Below, in pieces: positions 28,706 through 42,153 of a stretch of DNA of 64,000 nt (positions are counted from its first letter, which is position 1; every line of letters starts with the position of its first letter). Where the stretch lies: positions 1,612,001 through 1,676,000 of the forward strand of contig CAJFCJ010000001.1 in assembly GCA_904063045.1 (NCBI GenBank), read 5' to 3'. Both the position numbers and the translations under genes were made by a program. This DNA comes from Dimorphilus gyrociliatus (Eukaryota; Animalia; Annelida). The notes beneath the pieces are model-generated. The model had not been told where the DNA came from and did no database searches. It saw nothing but the letters and a program-made list of their open reading frames with translations.

Positions 28706-28759
<54 letters not shown>

Positions 28760-29037
28760 AGTAACTCTATATGCATATATTTAATAGATTTTAGGATAAT
28801 TAAATTTCACCTTTAATCAGTTTTAGTTGGTAAAACCGTGTTCCAAATCATCACTGCCTATATATATCCAGATAACTAGTATAAATTTATATGTATATAC
28901 ATATATAATCATAATAATTCATTTTATTTACAAGTATAATCATATATGTATATATATCAACAATATTTAAATAGTGTACAGCATCGATGTAATACATATA
29001 TTATATATATATATATATACTGTATTATTTCGATGAA

Positions 29038-29068
<31 letters not shown>
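28706..29068. repeat. Cluster of (TA)n microsatellites in the SLC5A7 3' region
   Basis: Long TA runs at about 28706-28750 and 29041-29068. Confidence 0.9.
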
Positions 29069-29075
<7 letters not shown>

Positions 29076-31303
29076 TTATCTGCATGAATGATATATATAT
29101 ACAGTATATATAGGCTGTATATAATTATTCCTTGAATGCCACTAACTTGTTAGGCATAATTAGGAAGATTATTCAGTTATTTATGAATAATATTACTGTT
29201 GTTTTGAACAAATGTATTCACTGTGATTGTAAAAAATTTGCTTATCATCTTAATATGCAAATTTTCTCTCGTTCTACCAATTTTAAGCTGTAACCGTTGC
29301 AAATGATTAAAAATGATAGAATACTTAAAAAGGAACAATGATAATTAACAAGTATGAAGCGTGTATGAATAATTAAATAATTAAATTAATTAAGGAAAGA
29401 TAAGACGCGTAAGGAGAGAATGTGCGTTGATATGTTTAATAAATATAAATAATTATAAAAAAAATATTAAAATTTGACAAACTATGATAAAATAAGTGAA
29501 ATGTATTACATCAAATGCTTTAAACAGCATAAGGTGATGAGAAAATGTAGAAAAATCATTGTAAAGCATTTGATTAATAACAGTGTCAGTAAGAGAGAAT
29601 GAATACGATATGAATATTAAAAAAAAGGAGCATCTATTGCCTAGTTAATTAGAAAATACGTAGCATGTTATAGATTTATTCGTTCAGCCTGCATATTTTG
29701 TTGCGTGCTAAATTTATTGTTGAACAATTTACATATATACATATATACACATATAAATTAGTATATATATGTATATTCATGTATATATATATATATATAT
29801 ATATATTTAAAAGAAAAAGAAATAGAGATAATATGTAACTTGTCACTTTGGAAGACTGAGTGTCTATGGAAACAAAAAACAAAAGATTTAGTGTTTACTA
29901 TGTTAGCACTGTTATAGTTGTTGTTGTCTCATCTCATAAGGCAATACACAAAAAGCAATAATGCCAATATAAATTATACTTAAAGTTGCTTAATCTATAC
30001 TTATTAATTCATGTAATTAAGCAGTTAAATATATTATATTCTTTCTCTAGTTTCTCATCTTCTTGTAGATTAGTACATATTATTATGTTTAAGCATGATA
30101 ATATAGTACAAGTCTGAAGTGTTTTGGACCTAAAAAACACCGTTAATAGTTAGATAGAATTAAGTTTTCAATCTACTTTATTCTCTCTGCATGTGCCAAA
30201 GATTGGATAACGAATGCGAGAGAATAATTAGTATGCACATATGTTTTCCCCTAGTTCCAGACTATTTCAGCTCCTGAAGAAGTAAAATTTATCATTGTAG
30301 TATTACATAAAGGTAGCAAACACAGAGAGAGAGGGAGAGAGAGACTAAGTGACTGAGTGACTGACTGAAGAGGAAGGGAGAAGATCTAGAACAAGATAGA
30401 AAAAACATGGTAATAAAAAAGTTTAGAAGAAGAGCAATAGAGAGTAAGAGTAAGAGAGAGAGAGGGAATAAGTGAGCAAGAGATAGGAAAGAAGATGGAT
30501 GGATGGACGGAGAAGCAGAGTGTACATATACTGAAAATATATACAGTATATGTTAGTGTATGTGTAAGGAACATCGATAAATAGATATAAGGACACAGAC
30601 AGATAGAAGTAGAAAAAAAAAGCATTAGTAACATTCTTATCACTTAAACCAAGTAGCTAAATGGAAAAAATACCAAGAAAACAAATAAGGAAATTGACCT
30701 TTAGAACAACTATAAAAAATAAAAAAAGAAGAATTGAGAAAGAAAAAAAAAGCCTATCCATGGGAAAGATGATCAGGGATTTTTTTATTGCCTTTGTCCG
30801 TCTCTTCTGCAGTAACAAGTGCATTGAAGATTATATGAGAAGCATATGTGAACGATGCTAATTGAATTGTCCCAGTAGAATGCGAACTTTGAAACACACA
30901 TGTTACTTAGATTCTTCTATTTAGTTTATAGTCCACAGTTCAAACCTTAAAAATTATTGTCAAAGTTCTCCAAGTGCTTTCTTAATCTATTATTCCTCCT
31001 TGTGTTGCATTTTCAAGGAGAATTAAGATATGTCCTAAATATGTTTACTAATATACAGTATATATATATATATACAAAATACATCTGCATACTTGAAATA
31101 AAGTAAGTAGTTTATTATGAATATAATACGATTTATAGATACAGAAGTAGACGAAGGATAAAGATGATGATGATGAAGAAGAAGAGGAATAAGAGATAGA
31201 CAACTTATAAAGATTAAAACTTAGCTCATAAAAAATATAATACACAAAATATTAAAAAATTTCATCTTAAGTGTTTTTTTTTTTGACGTCATCCGGACGA
31301 ATA

Positions 31304-31659
31304 TTAAATATCCCTTAGACGTTCGTATAAATCAATGTTATAATATGGAATATTTCTTCTTGATGTTGCTGCACATATATTCCGATCGAGAGAATTCTGT
31401 GATGAGATTTCACTCGTAGCCTTCCGCTTTAATATGTAACCAGGTTCCGAATGCGTCATTAAATTCATTAAGAACCTAATAACAATCATAAAAAGGGTCA
31501 TGACAGCAATAACTAGTATAACTGGTGGAACAGCCCAAATAAGATGACGAATACTGTGGGGATAAAAAAGGGAGTAATTTATCGACCGATAAATGCCTTA
31601 GGGTAGGTTGGTAAAAAAAATGAATTCAATACAACTTACCTTCCTGATGTTTCAACCAT
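31304..31659 (-). CDS. Unassigned 89-aa single-pass membrane microprotein, 2 exons
   Basis: Exon 1 31659-31640 (aaaaATG...GGAAG|gtaagt) and exon 2 31553-31304 (pyrimidine tract, cacag|) total 270 nt: MVETSGSIRHLIWAVPPVILVIAVMTLFMIVIRFLMNLMTHSEPGYILKRK...RLRDI*. Confidence 0.65.
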
Positions 31660-32787
31660 TTTTCAATAATTTCTCTTAGTTTACTCTATATTTGTGCGCT
31701 GTCAATTTCTTCTTACCTATATAACTAGTCTTGTACCTGAAAAAAATACTGTTCGACAGGTCTAGATAACGCCGTAGGCAGGTGTAGATAACGTTTTTCT
31801 GTATTTATTTTACAATATGACACTTTTTTTTATCTAAAACAATAATCCGATAGATGGAGACAGTATTTTGATTAATCAGTAATCAAATCGGTAATGTAAA
31901 TGAATGAGATTGTTAAGGTGAAGAGAAAAATGATTTCTTTTTAAGGAGAATAGAAGGTAAAAAGTAAATTGAATTGTACTAAATTAACAGAATTGACCCT
32001 GTCGAATAGCAATGAAATTTGACATTTCGTCAAAGTAGACCTAGATTTTTACTCGATAATTACGAACCTTCTGACGTTTTCTCTGCGGCGTTTTTCAACA
32101 ACAATGACGAAAGAGGGCGGTTAAACTAGATACGGAGAAAGAGAGAGAGAAACGACTCTTTCAGTTTTCGTTCTTTTTTTTTTCTCAACACGACACGCGT
32201 TTTATCTTCATTCTACTCTTTCCTCATTACGATCATCTTCTTCCTCTACACTCAATATCTTCCTCATTTTCTGCTTGTTCACTAATGGTCATAATACAAA
32301 ATAAAAAAAAAAGGGATTCATTTAATTTTAACAAAAAGAAGGAAAACGTTTAAATGTAAACTTGAAAAACAAAAAATTTGTTGAAGGATTGATTATACTG
32401 TATATATATATATATATATATATACTGTATATATATGCTGTATATGTATAAAAAAGCAATATTTATATATATATACAGTGTATTTATAGTCATAAAAAAT
32501 ACATTCTCTAAAATATGTTACATATTCCCTTAAGTTTTTTTTTATATACATTGAAAAAAACTAGAGCATAAAGAATTAATAAGACGTCTATACGTAGTGT
32601 TATTTAGACATAGTTACTGATTATGTTTTAAAAGTACGAGTTTTTTCAATTTGGAAATAGGCAAGGTGCCTTCTATTTCTTACTCTTCTTTTTGTCAGCC
32701 CAGTTTCTTCTCCCTCCCCCCTCCCCCTCTTTTCTATCACGTAAAGATAGGTTATTATAAACTATAAAGGGAAAGCGTCTAATACGC

Positions 32788-32816
32788 ATGACCGGAAACG
32801 AAAGGGTTCCGGTCAT
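32788..32816. promoter_or_regulatory. 10-bp inverted repeat carrying two opposed ETS cores, upstream of FBXL16
   Basis: ATGACCGGAA-acgaaaggg-TTCCGGTCAT. Confidence 0.45.
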
Positions 32817-33230
32817 TGGCCTAAATCGAAGCGGGTGTCGATGGATATAACCAACTACAATACATTCGATGGAAGGGAGGCAACCCTATGGGGAAGGGGT
32901 GTGGTCTAGCTCCTAACGAGGAAGAAGCTTAATGACGTTTTATGACCACCTCTTAGTTTCTCTCCCCTTCATCTCCCAAGCTAATACCGCCCCTCGAACG
33001 CCAACGCCATCTGCTGATGGTTAGTAGAAAATAAGGGCTTACAGGCGCCTAGCTCTGCGCAGAAACAGCAATCAATATAGCCGTATAGAGCGACTATATA
33101 GCGCGCGCCGACGCAGTTATCCGTACAGCCTCCTCTTCATCCTGCTCCTCTTTTACTGTGTGTTTTTTTAAATCACCGTATATTTGTGCCCTCTATAATA
33201 TCGGATAGTTCGCCTTTTACCGGATTCCTG

Positions 33231-35335
33231 ATGTCGTCCTTAAGTAAGGCCTGCTTGGAAATTTCGAACAGTATTAAGGGCTTCCGACTCAGCCGTAGCC
33301 AGTCATCAGAATCTGGTACCAGCAGCAGGGAGAGTATGCTCAGTGTTCGCTCAGCTACCAATTCTATATCGAGGGTCTTTAAATCAGCGACGTCGCGTGT
33401 CAGGGGTGGATTTGACCAGCAGCAACCAACAGCCCCCCCGCAACGTCAACGGCCCCCCTCCGCTAGTCGATACTATGACAAGGCCATGCTGGCATTGGCC
33501 TCCAACTATCCTAGAACAGCTAAGGACCTACTGCAGGACGGAACCTTCCTGACAAAGTTTTTTCGATATTTTACGCCGATAGAGAGGTGTTTACTCGGAC
33601 AAGTATGTATAGCATGGAAGAATATTCTATACGAGAGAGGCTGGTGGAACGGTATTCTCGTTGTTATAAGGTGTAAAGAATCACCTCTCGACGAAAGGGA
33701 AAAGTTATATAGAAGTCTGTCTCAAAGAGCGATAGATTCTATATGCCTAATGCACGCTACCGACGCTGATATGGAACATCTAATCATTAATGTTCCCTCC
33801 CAATTGAGAAGCGTCTCCCTCAAGCAATGTAACATTACAGATAGTGGTTTAGAGATGCTACTCGCCAAATTACCATCCATCTACCGATTAGAATTAGTGG
33901 GTTGCAACGAATTGACGGAGGCCGGCTTTTGGAGTTCATTAACTTCAAGTGTTATATCCTTGACGGTAGCCGATTGCATCAATTTTGCCGACGACGCCGT
34001 GGGCGCAGTATCTCAATTGTTGCCTTCCTTACACGAATTCAACTTGCAGGCCTATCATGTTACTGACGCAGCGTTAGCCTATTTTACGTCGAAACAAAGT
34101 AATACCCTATCAGTTTTAAGACTAACATCTTGTTGGGAACTGACAAACCACGCGGTTGTAAATATTGTTCAATCTTTACCTAATTTAACCGTCCTTAGCC
34201 TCTCTGGCTGTAGCAAAATAACCGATGATGGTATAGAAATAGTGGCCGAAACCCTTAAGAACTTGAGAATCCTCGATCTTAGTTGGTGCTCGAGGATAAC
34301 TGATTCATCCCTCGAGGCAATAGCCTGCGATTTGAACTTGGATGAATTGACTTTAGACAGGTTAGGCGTCTATTATTGTTGTTAAACGTCCCTTGTGGTG
34401 TAATCTTTTTAAGAGATGTCTTAATAATCTAACCAACACAGGTGTACCCATGTTACGGATATCGGAGTAGGTTACTTGACTTCAATAAGGATGCTGAGTA
34501 GGTTATATTTAAGATGGTGTATACAAATACGTGATGCCGGTGTCCAACACTTTTTATCAATGAAATCGCTCAAAATCCTTTCAATTGCAGGTAAGATATT
34601 ACATTTCCCTCTTTTTTTCTTTTTTTTTACCTTGTGGCTAGAAGTTATCATTTTAGTTCGCTTCCCTCACTGATATATCAATAACGAAGACGAACTTAGC
34701 ATATCAACAATCTTCGTTTAGCCTTTGTCATGCGCGTACGTTTCTTTACACTTCTAAAAGCATGGAGAAGCGCACTTTGGCGTCGTCTTATTGATAGTCG
34801 ATCGATCGTCGGTGAAAATCGATAGGTCTGCTAGAAAAAGCGTCGCCTAATTTTAGATCAGCAACGCCTAGCTGATTGAAGATGAAAAATTTATAAGTAT
34901 ATAGTATATTAGTATATATAAATTTATATATATATATATATATATAATATATATCAATATGAATATCATATGTACTTTTTATAATAAATTAAATATATTA
35001 TATATACCCTACACCCTACATATGTAAATACGTATACTGTATAATTCGCTAAGCCGTTAAAAATATACATGTAATAAGTACGAGAGAATAATAAGGAAAA
35101 AAGAACCTTAATCACTCTTCTATCCTCTTCATAAAATAGAGGGAATAAAATCCTAATTATCCCATCTCTTTCTCTTCGTGTTTCAGGTTGTAGTCTTATA
35201 AGCGCAAGGAGCCTAACTGGTATAGCTCAGATCAGACAACTGCAAGAATTGGAATTGACGAATTGCGCTACTGCAACGACAGAGGTGATAGCTTACCTGC
35301 AGAATGCTTTACCTCATTGTGAAGTCATACGATAG
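33231..35335 (+). CDS. FBXL16: F-box/LRR-repeat protein 16, 3 exons
   Basis: First ATG at 33231 (the ORF track starts at a GTG). F-box-like FLTKFFRYFTPIERCLLGQVCIAW, LRR repeats (LSGCSKITDDG, LDLSWCSRITD, LDRCTHVTDIG, LYLRWCIQIRD) and terminal LPHCEVIR*. Introns about 34362-34441 and 34591-35186. Confidence 0.92.
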
Positions 35336-36716
35336 GAAAAAATCCCTCTCACATCAGAATCAGTCTACAGTAAAAATACATACAGTATATCCTTTTAACC
35401 ATTAAAAACTCTTTAGGCCTATACATACGATATATATAAAAGTGTTATATTGCAGGACCTTTTGTAAATTTTGTGAAATATAAATTGCAAACTGTGTCTC
35501 AATGTGTCTCTAGTGTTGCCTTTGTTTACTGCAAAGTTTACACATGTTTGCATTGTAATTTAAGCCGTGTCCTGCAGAATGTATACATGTATAATTAATC
35601 AGCACATACATGGATATATATATATATATATATATTCTGACATATGTGTAACAAAGTTACCTTATTATCAGCATACAACATATACTCAATGTATATATAC
35701 TGTATATGTCTATTTAAAAATCTAGAATCAGGACAATGGAGTTTTCCATTCGAAAAGATAAAAGAAAGAACGAAATTTTTGGTGGCACATCATTTGCATA
35801 TAAAGTAATTATTGTTGCACTAACTTTATGTACTATTTTTATCCCAACTGCAAAAAAAAACGATGAAAAGGAAAAAAATACACTGAATAGATGCAAAGAG
35901 TTTGTAAACATACTGAAAGGAGTTTTAAAAGGAACGCTAAAAATGCGATACCTTATATCTAACTCGTCTTCTCTTATCTGCTCTCCCTTGATTAGATTGA
36001 CCAGCGGAATTCGATTATTCTGCCATTTATTATTTCGCTTTTCAACCCTAAAAGCAACAGAAACAAAAATAAACAGAAAAAAAGAAGAGGGTAAGGGGGG
36101 GAAGGGGGAAAGATTAAGGAGAATGATCTTTTTACTCGTCCAGCTCATTCTAAAGCATTGACACGAAAGATATTAATAGTGGAGAGTTTTTCTTGCGAAA
36201 GAGAGAAAGAAGATAAAGTATCAGATTCATTTATTTTATAAATTTAATAGGATTTTTAAAATAATAAAACAATGTTCGTTAATAAAGATTTTCTATCGAA
36301 AAAGAGAATCAACAACATCTGAACAACTGTTCATACAATATAGGACTAGAAAATGATTGATTTATTTCGGTTTTTCGTTTCTCAGATTATTCAATAAACA
36401 CTTTCTATAGGAAATAAGAAAAGGGGGCAGAAGGTGCAGGAGATGAGAAATGCCTGGTATTCCATAGTAAATAAGAATTAAAAATAGAAAGAAGTAGTAT
36501 GTAATTAAAGTAAGATGTGGAGAAGATTGGCAAAGAAAGGAAAGAAGAAAACGTTATTTTATTAGTTTTTTTATGTTATAAATAATGGGCGGTGTTTGAG
36601 GGACGATTTTCAATTTCATTATTTAACATATTATTATAAAAGTTGATAAAAAGCTATTGCGAACAGTTTCGTTTATCACTCATTCTTAAACCCAAGTCCC
36701 TGCTCCATACTCTACA

Positions 36717-39700
36717 ATGTCGGAAGCGAATTTTATAAGATTAAGGAATTTATTGAACGATAAGGAATCCGTAGATGTGTTGCATAAGACAGCCTCAGAG
36801 GTTATATAAATGACTTTTTTTTCTTTATCTTCTTTCTTACTTCATTTTCCCTTTCTTTTTCTTCAAGCTTTTTTTTTCTCTTTCTCTTTTCTTTCTACTT
36901 TATTTTACAAATAGGAATAAAGCAAATAGTTGAAATAAACTTCTTTATGTTTTTCCCTCTCCCTACTTAAGGCCAGAGCTGTTGTTTGCACTGAAAAACA
37001 TTGTCTAGGATCGGTTTTACAAGGAGCAAAGAAAACGAATAACGATCAATTTAAGACTAATGAACAAATTAAGTATGAAGCCGAACTATTTCTTACTGAA
37101 TATTATTCTTCTATTAAGAGGTAGATTGTTACTCTTATCTTCTCTTAGTTCACTTTTAACTTTTTCAAGATGTCGCTATCATAAATGCTGAAGTGTTTTT
37201 CTTTGCTATTAAAAATATAGAAGGCACTCTGAAACTTTCGAACGTCGAAAGGCTCAAGTCCTACTTGAAATTGAAAGACAAGAGGGCGTCTATGAACTGA
37301 CAACTCCAGAGTTAGTGTTTGGAGCTAAAACCGCCTGGAGGAATTCATCAAGGTGTATTGGACGAATTCAATGGTCAAAATTGCAGATATTCGATGCAAG
37401 GCACATAAGAACAGCGTCTGAAATGTTTGAAGCCCTGTGCAATCATATTAATTATGCCACAAATAAGGGTCAAATTCGGTAAATTATCATTAGTGTAGTT
37501 TAAATTAGCTTATAAGGTAAAGACTATTCAAATTTTAGTTCTGCAATTACGATTTTTCCCCCGAGGAGAAAAGGTAGGGGAGATTTTCGAGTTTGGAATG
37601 CTCTTCTTATTAGATATGCTGGATATAAGCAGAAAGATGGTTCAATAATTGGAGACCCCTCCAGTGTAGAATTTACACAGGTAATTAACTATCAGGTGCA
37701 TGAAATCACATTGTGAAAACGTTGACGTCAACGAACTTTATTAATGATTATAATGAATAAATCATAGCAAATAATTCTTGTCCAACTCTAATTAATCACT
37801 ATCACGTAAATAACAGCTGTGTCAGAAGTTAGGCTGGAAAGGCAACGGTGGACATTTTGATGTTCTTCCCCTAGTTGTATCAGCTAATGGTAAAGATCCA
37901 GAATGGTTTAACATACCATCAGAATTGGTCTTGGAGGTTAACTTTAAGCATCCGGAATATGATTGGTTTGAAAAATTAGATTTAAAGTGGTACGCTTTAC
38001 CCGCTGTCTCTAATATGCTTTTCGATTGCGGTGGAATAGAATTCCCTGCTTGTCCATTTAATGGTTGGTACATGTCGACAGAGATTGGATGTAGGAATTT
38101 ATGTGATCCAAACCGGTATAATTTAACCGAAACAATAGCTTCCCATATGAAATTGGATACGACTAGTCAAGTAACTCTTTGGAGAGACAGAGCTATGCTT
38201 GAGGTAAACAAAGCTGTTTTATACAGCTTTCAGAAGGTAAATGCAACAATTGTCGATCATCATACGGCTTCCGAAAGCTTTATGAAACATTTAGAAAACG
38301 AGCAAAAATATAGAGGAGGGTGTCCTACGGATTGGGTATGGGTTGTTCCCCCTCTTTCTTCGTCGTTAACTTCCATTTTTCACCAAGAAACTGTCAACTA
38401 TTCCCTTAAACCGTCTTACGAATATCAATTGGATGCTTGGAAAACTTTTGAATGGAACAAACAAAGTCATAATGACAAGAAAAAGAAGACTTTCAAGGAG
38501 ATTGCGAAAGCAGTTAAGTTTAGCGCTAAGCTCATGGGTAACGCCTTATCGAAGCGTATCAAATGCACCATTCTTTTCGCTAGCGAAACAGGGCGAAGTG
38601 AACGATTCGCTGGTCTTTTAGGCGATTTATTTAAAACTATATTTGACGTCAAGGTAGGATTTAGGTTAATTAGATTAGTTCTTAGTCTTTGACGGTAAAA
38701 TTCTCGTTTCAATAGTTCATTTGCATGGATGATTACGATACAAGTAATATGGAGCACGAAACTTTGCTATTCGTTATAACGAGTACATCCGGTAACGGAG
38801 ATCCTCCGGAAAACGGACGGAAGTTTGCAGAATTCCTATACGAAAAAAAGAGAGAGTTCTTCGCCGAACCACTATCTACCAAGCGTTCCTCCTTCCTTAG
38901 AATGGATAGCGAAGAAGCCCGAAATCAGAACGAAGAACGAGTCAGACCGTTTAGTAATATAAGTTTTTCGGTATTTGGTCTAGGGTCGAGCGCCTACCCA
39001 AAGTTCTGCAACTATGCTAAATATATTCATCGCCTCTTCCGAGAACTTGGAGCCGAAGAAGTCCTCGAGCTGGTTTTGGGAGATGAGTTAGGTGGTCAAG
39101 AAAAAGAATTCGGTATTTGGGCTAAAAGAGCATTTAGAACCGCCTGCCGAACGTTCTATTCAGCCGACGAAGCCAACATATCTGATGCATTTACTCAAAA
39201 TTGGTCAAAATCCAGATCCAGATTACGTAAATTAGACATATCTGAACCAATTTCGATAAAAGATGGTCTTAGCTATATAAGTAGAAAGACGATAGTGCGT
39301 TGTAAATTGATGAATAGAACGCAATTACAGCATAAGGATTCCGGGTAAGGTTTCGTTTAGTAGGATGTTTAAAAAAAAAAATAAGAACTTCCGACTCTTT
39401 CTTTAGGAGACAGACTATACTAATCGAATTGGACTCAACTGAAAATCCCGCAGAAGCAGTTTATCAACCTGGAGATCATATCGCCATCTATCCCGAAAAT
39501 AGTCCGGAAGCTGTGTCCCAGGTCCTCGAATTTGTTAAATGCGACGGGGATTTTTCTGCCGACGATGTAATACAAATGGAAAGATTTGAAGAGGAAGAAT
39601 CTAAAAAATGGGTACCAGATGAGCGCTTCCCTATTAATTTCACTCTAAGAATAGCACTTCAGAGGTTTGAACTCCCTTTTCTTGTTACTAATCGATGTCT

Positions 39701-40894
39701 TTTGTCTCTTTCTTGAAAAAAACTAACAAAAGATCCCCATTAGGTACATGGATATTTCGAGTCCGCCTTCTCAATTAATGCTTAAGCAGTTAGCCGGATT
39801 GTCCAAGGATGAGAAGGATCAGAACTATTTAATAGAATTGTCAGAGGATGAGAGAAAATATGAAGAATGGAAATACACGTTTTGTCAAACTCTACCTTTG
39901 CTTCTTAAACAATGTCCTTCTGTTAAGCTTCCTCCAATAGTTTTGCTTACCCAACTGCCTTTCCTTCAGCCTAGATTTTACAGCATATCATCATCTCCCT
40001 TGTCATCCCCGACTAGAATTGATTGCACTATTGCTGTAGTTGATTACCAATTACCTAACGGTGGTCTTCGCAAAGGTGTCTGCTCCAATTGGTTAAATAC
40101 TCTCCCATTAGGTTCTTCCATACCCTGTTATGTTAGAGCGGAACCTAATTTTCGCTTACCAGATAACCCTAAATTACCTATAATCGTAGTGGGCCCTGGA
40201 ACTGGTTTAGCTCCATTTAGGTCATTCTGGAGAGAAAGGCTTTATAATATGAAAAGTGGTCGAATGGAGATGGGCGAAATGCACCTGTATTTCGGCTGCA
40301 GACGAAAAGAATACGATTATATTTACAGGGAAGAATTGGAAAGATGCCATGACCTAGGTGTGCTTAATAGTTTAAGGGTAGCTTTTAGCAGGGAACCTAA
40401 CCAACCCAAGGTACTTAAACTTTTGATTCTATTATATCTATTTTCTTTCTTTTTTACCAGTTTCCTTTTAATTTCCTTATCATATTCTCTCTTTCAGACA
40501 TACGTACAAGATCTACTTGAAAGGGATGGAAAATCACTCTATGAACTTCTTACGAAACATAACGCCCATTTTTACGTGTGCGGTGACGTATCTATGGCTG
40601 CAAACGTTTCAACTACTTTACAAATTATATTGAAAAAAGTAGGCGGTATGAGTAATGATGAAGCTTCAAATTTTCTTCTCGAGATTGGAGTACGCTTTTC
40701 AATTTTTCTCCTCCTTTATCCCTAATATATTTCCTAAATACTTCCTAATTAATCAAATAATAATAATTCTTTTTCTTTATAAAAAAAAGGATTCCAATAG
40801 ATTTCATCAAGATATTTTTGGACTGACATTTAAAGCTGGTGAAATAACGGAAAAAGTTAGAATGAATAAATTGAAGAGCATGGAAAAACTATAA
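36717..40894 (+). CDS. NOS: Nitric oxide synthase without N-terminal PDZ domain, about 10 exons
   Basis: Zn motif CTEKHC, heme [25 protein letters not shown], CaM site [29 protein letters not shown] / TSGNGDPP / [43 protein letters not shown] / FYVCGD and terminal RFHQDIFG. Confidence 0.97.
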
Positions 40895-40914
40895 TGCTAA
40901 CACAACTTATATAC

Positions 40915-40958
<44 letters not shown>

Positions 40959-42153
40959 CATATACTGCATATCGTATATAGCAAAGAAAAAACAACACTG
41001 TGTACTGCTTTAGTTTCAGTCATTTAGTTTAAATGTGTTTAGCATGTGGTAAATCTATATTACGTAATGTAAAAACCAGGGAATGTATTGTATATACAGA
41101 TACATATATCTACTGTATATTCGTAACTACGCAGCACCAATATCACAAGAAATGTACTAACACAAATACACTAAAATACTAAAAGAAGAGTAGCAATAGT
41201 TGTGCATACAGAATAAAAGATATATATATATATATATATATATAACATTCTTCTGGGTTGTTTTATTTACGTAAATTTGAATGCGACGAACCGTAGAAAA
41301 TGGATTACAAACTAAATAAACTAACAATTGCTTTAGCTAGAGTAGCAAAGTAAGATAGTTATATTTATGTATATATAAGATTATAGGGTGAATTTATGGA
41401 AGAGTATGGAAAATTTAACCTTTTTCATACTTCTAGATAGTGCATGAAATTATGATAATAGTTTTGAAACAATGAATCTTCTATTATTATTATTGTTGCT
41501 GTTCTTTTTTTAACAATTCCCTTTCTATTGTTCTATATGAAAGTCCATTTCATTTAATAATCCAAAAAAGGGAAACAGATGATGGGGAAAGGGGAGCGCG
41601 AGAGTAGTAGGAAAAGAGAATATAATTCTTTTTTTTTTTTTCCTTTACTTTATAGGTTTTTTTAGGTCAGTCTATAATTTATTTATAATTACATTTTCCA
41701 TTTCTTATTGAATCTATAATTTTTCAAAAGATAAACCCTATAGGCCTAAAACTAGATTTTAGTTTCTGTTATTTTTGTATTTTATTTTCTTCCCATACCA
41801 ACCAATAAACTATTTATTTTTAAATATTTAAATAGTACTAAAGTATATTAAACGAATGTAAATCGATTGTTAATTCCTTTTAATTCTTAAGTAAGTTTTT
41901 CTATATATTTGTATTCTTTATTTTTTTTGTTTTCATCCTATTTTTTTCAATTAATTAATTAATTATAAATTGTCCTAATTTATTCTTCAAAGATAATTCG
42001 CTTAGTTTTTTGAGGTCGATGGCATATTTAACAATTTTTTTTATATTGTATAGCTATATTACTCTTTATCTGTCTTTTTTTGTCAGATCGTATTATTAGG
42101 CGGCTTTTGCACTAATTTTTTTTTTTTTGTCTTTTTGAGGTGAAAAAGGAATA

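Noticed and set aside
12538-30861. Many 60-120-aa ORF-track entries rich in IY, LS or ER repeats
   Set aside because: These are translations of (TA)n, (CT)n or (GA)n microsatellites, often with non-ATG starts.
35714-36161. Overlapping ORFs of about 140 codons on both strands between FBXL16 and NOS
   Set aside because: Largely made of A/T and purine/pyrimidine runs, with no recognisable motif or consistent exon chain; probably chance. A minus-strand non-coding exon remains possible.
37698-37722. tgaaatcacattgtgaaaac resembles the bantam miRNA
   Set aside because: The seed (GAGATCA) is broken and no precursor hairpin is evident.
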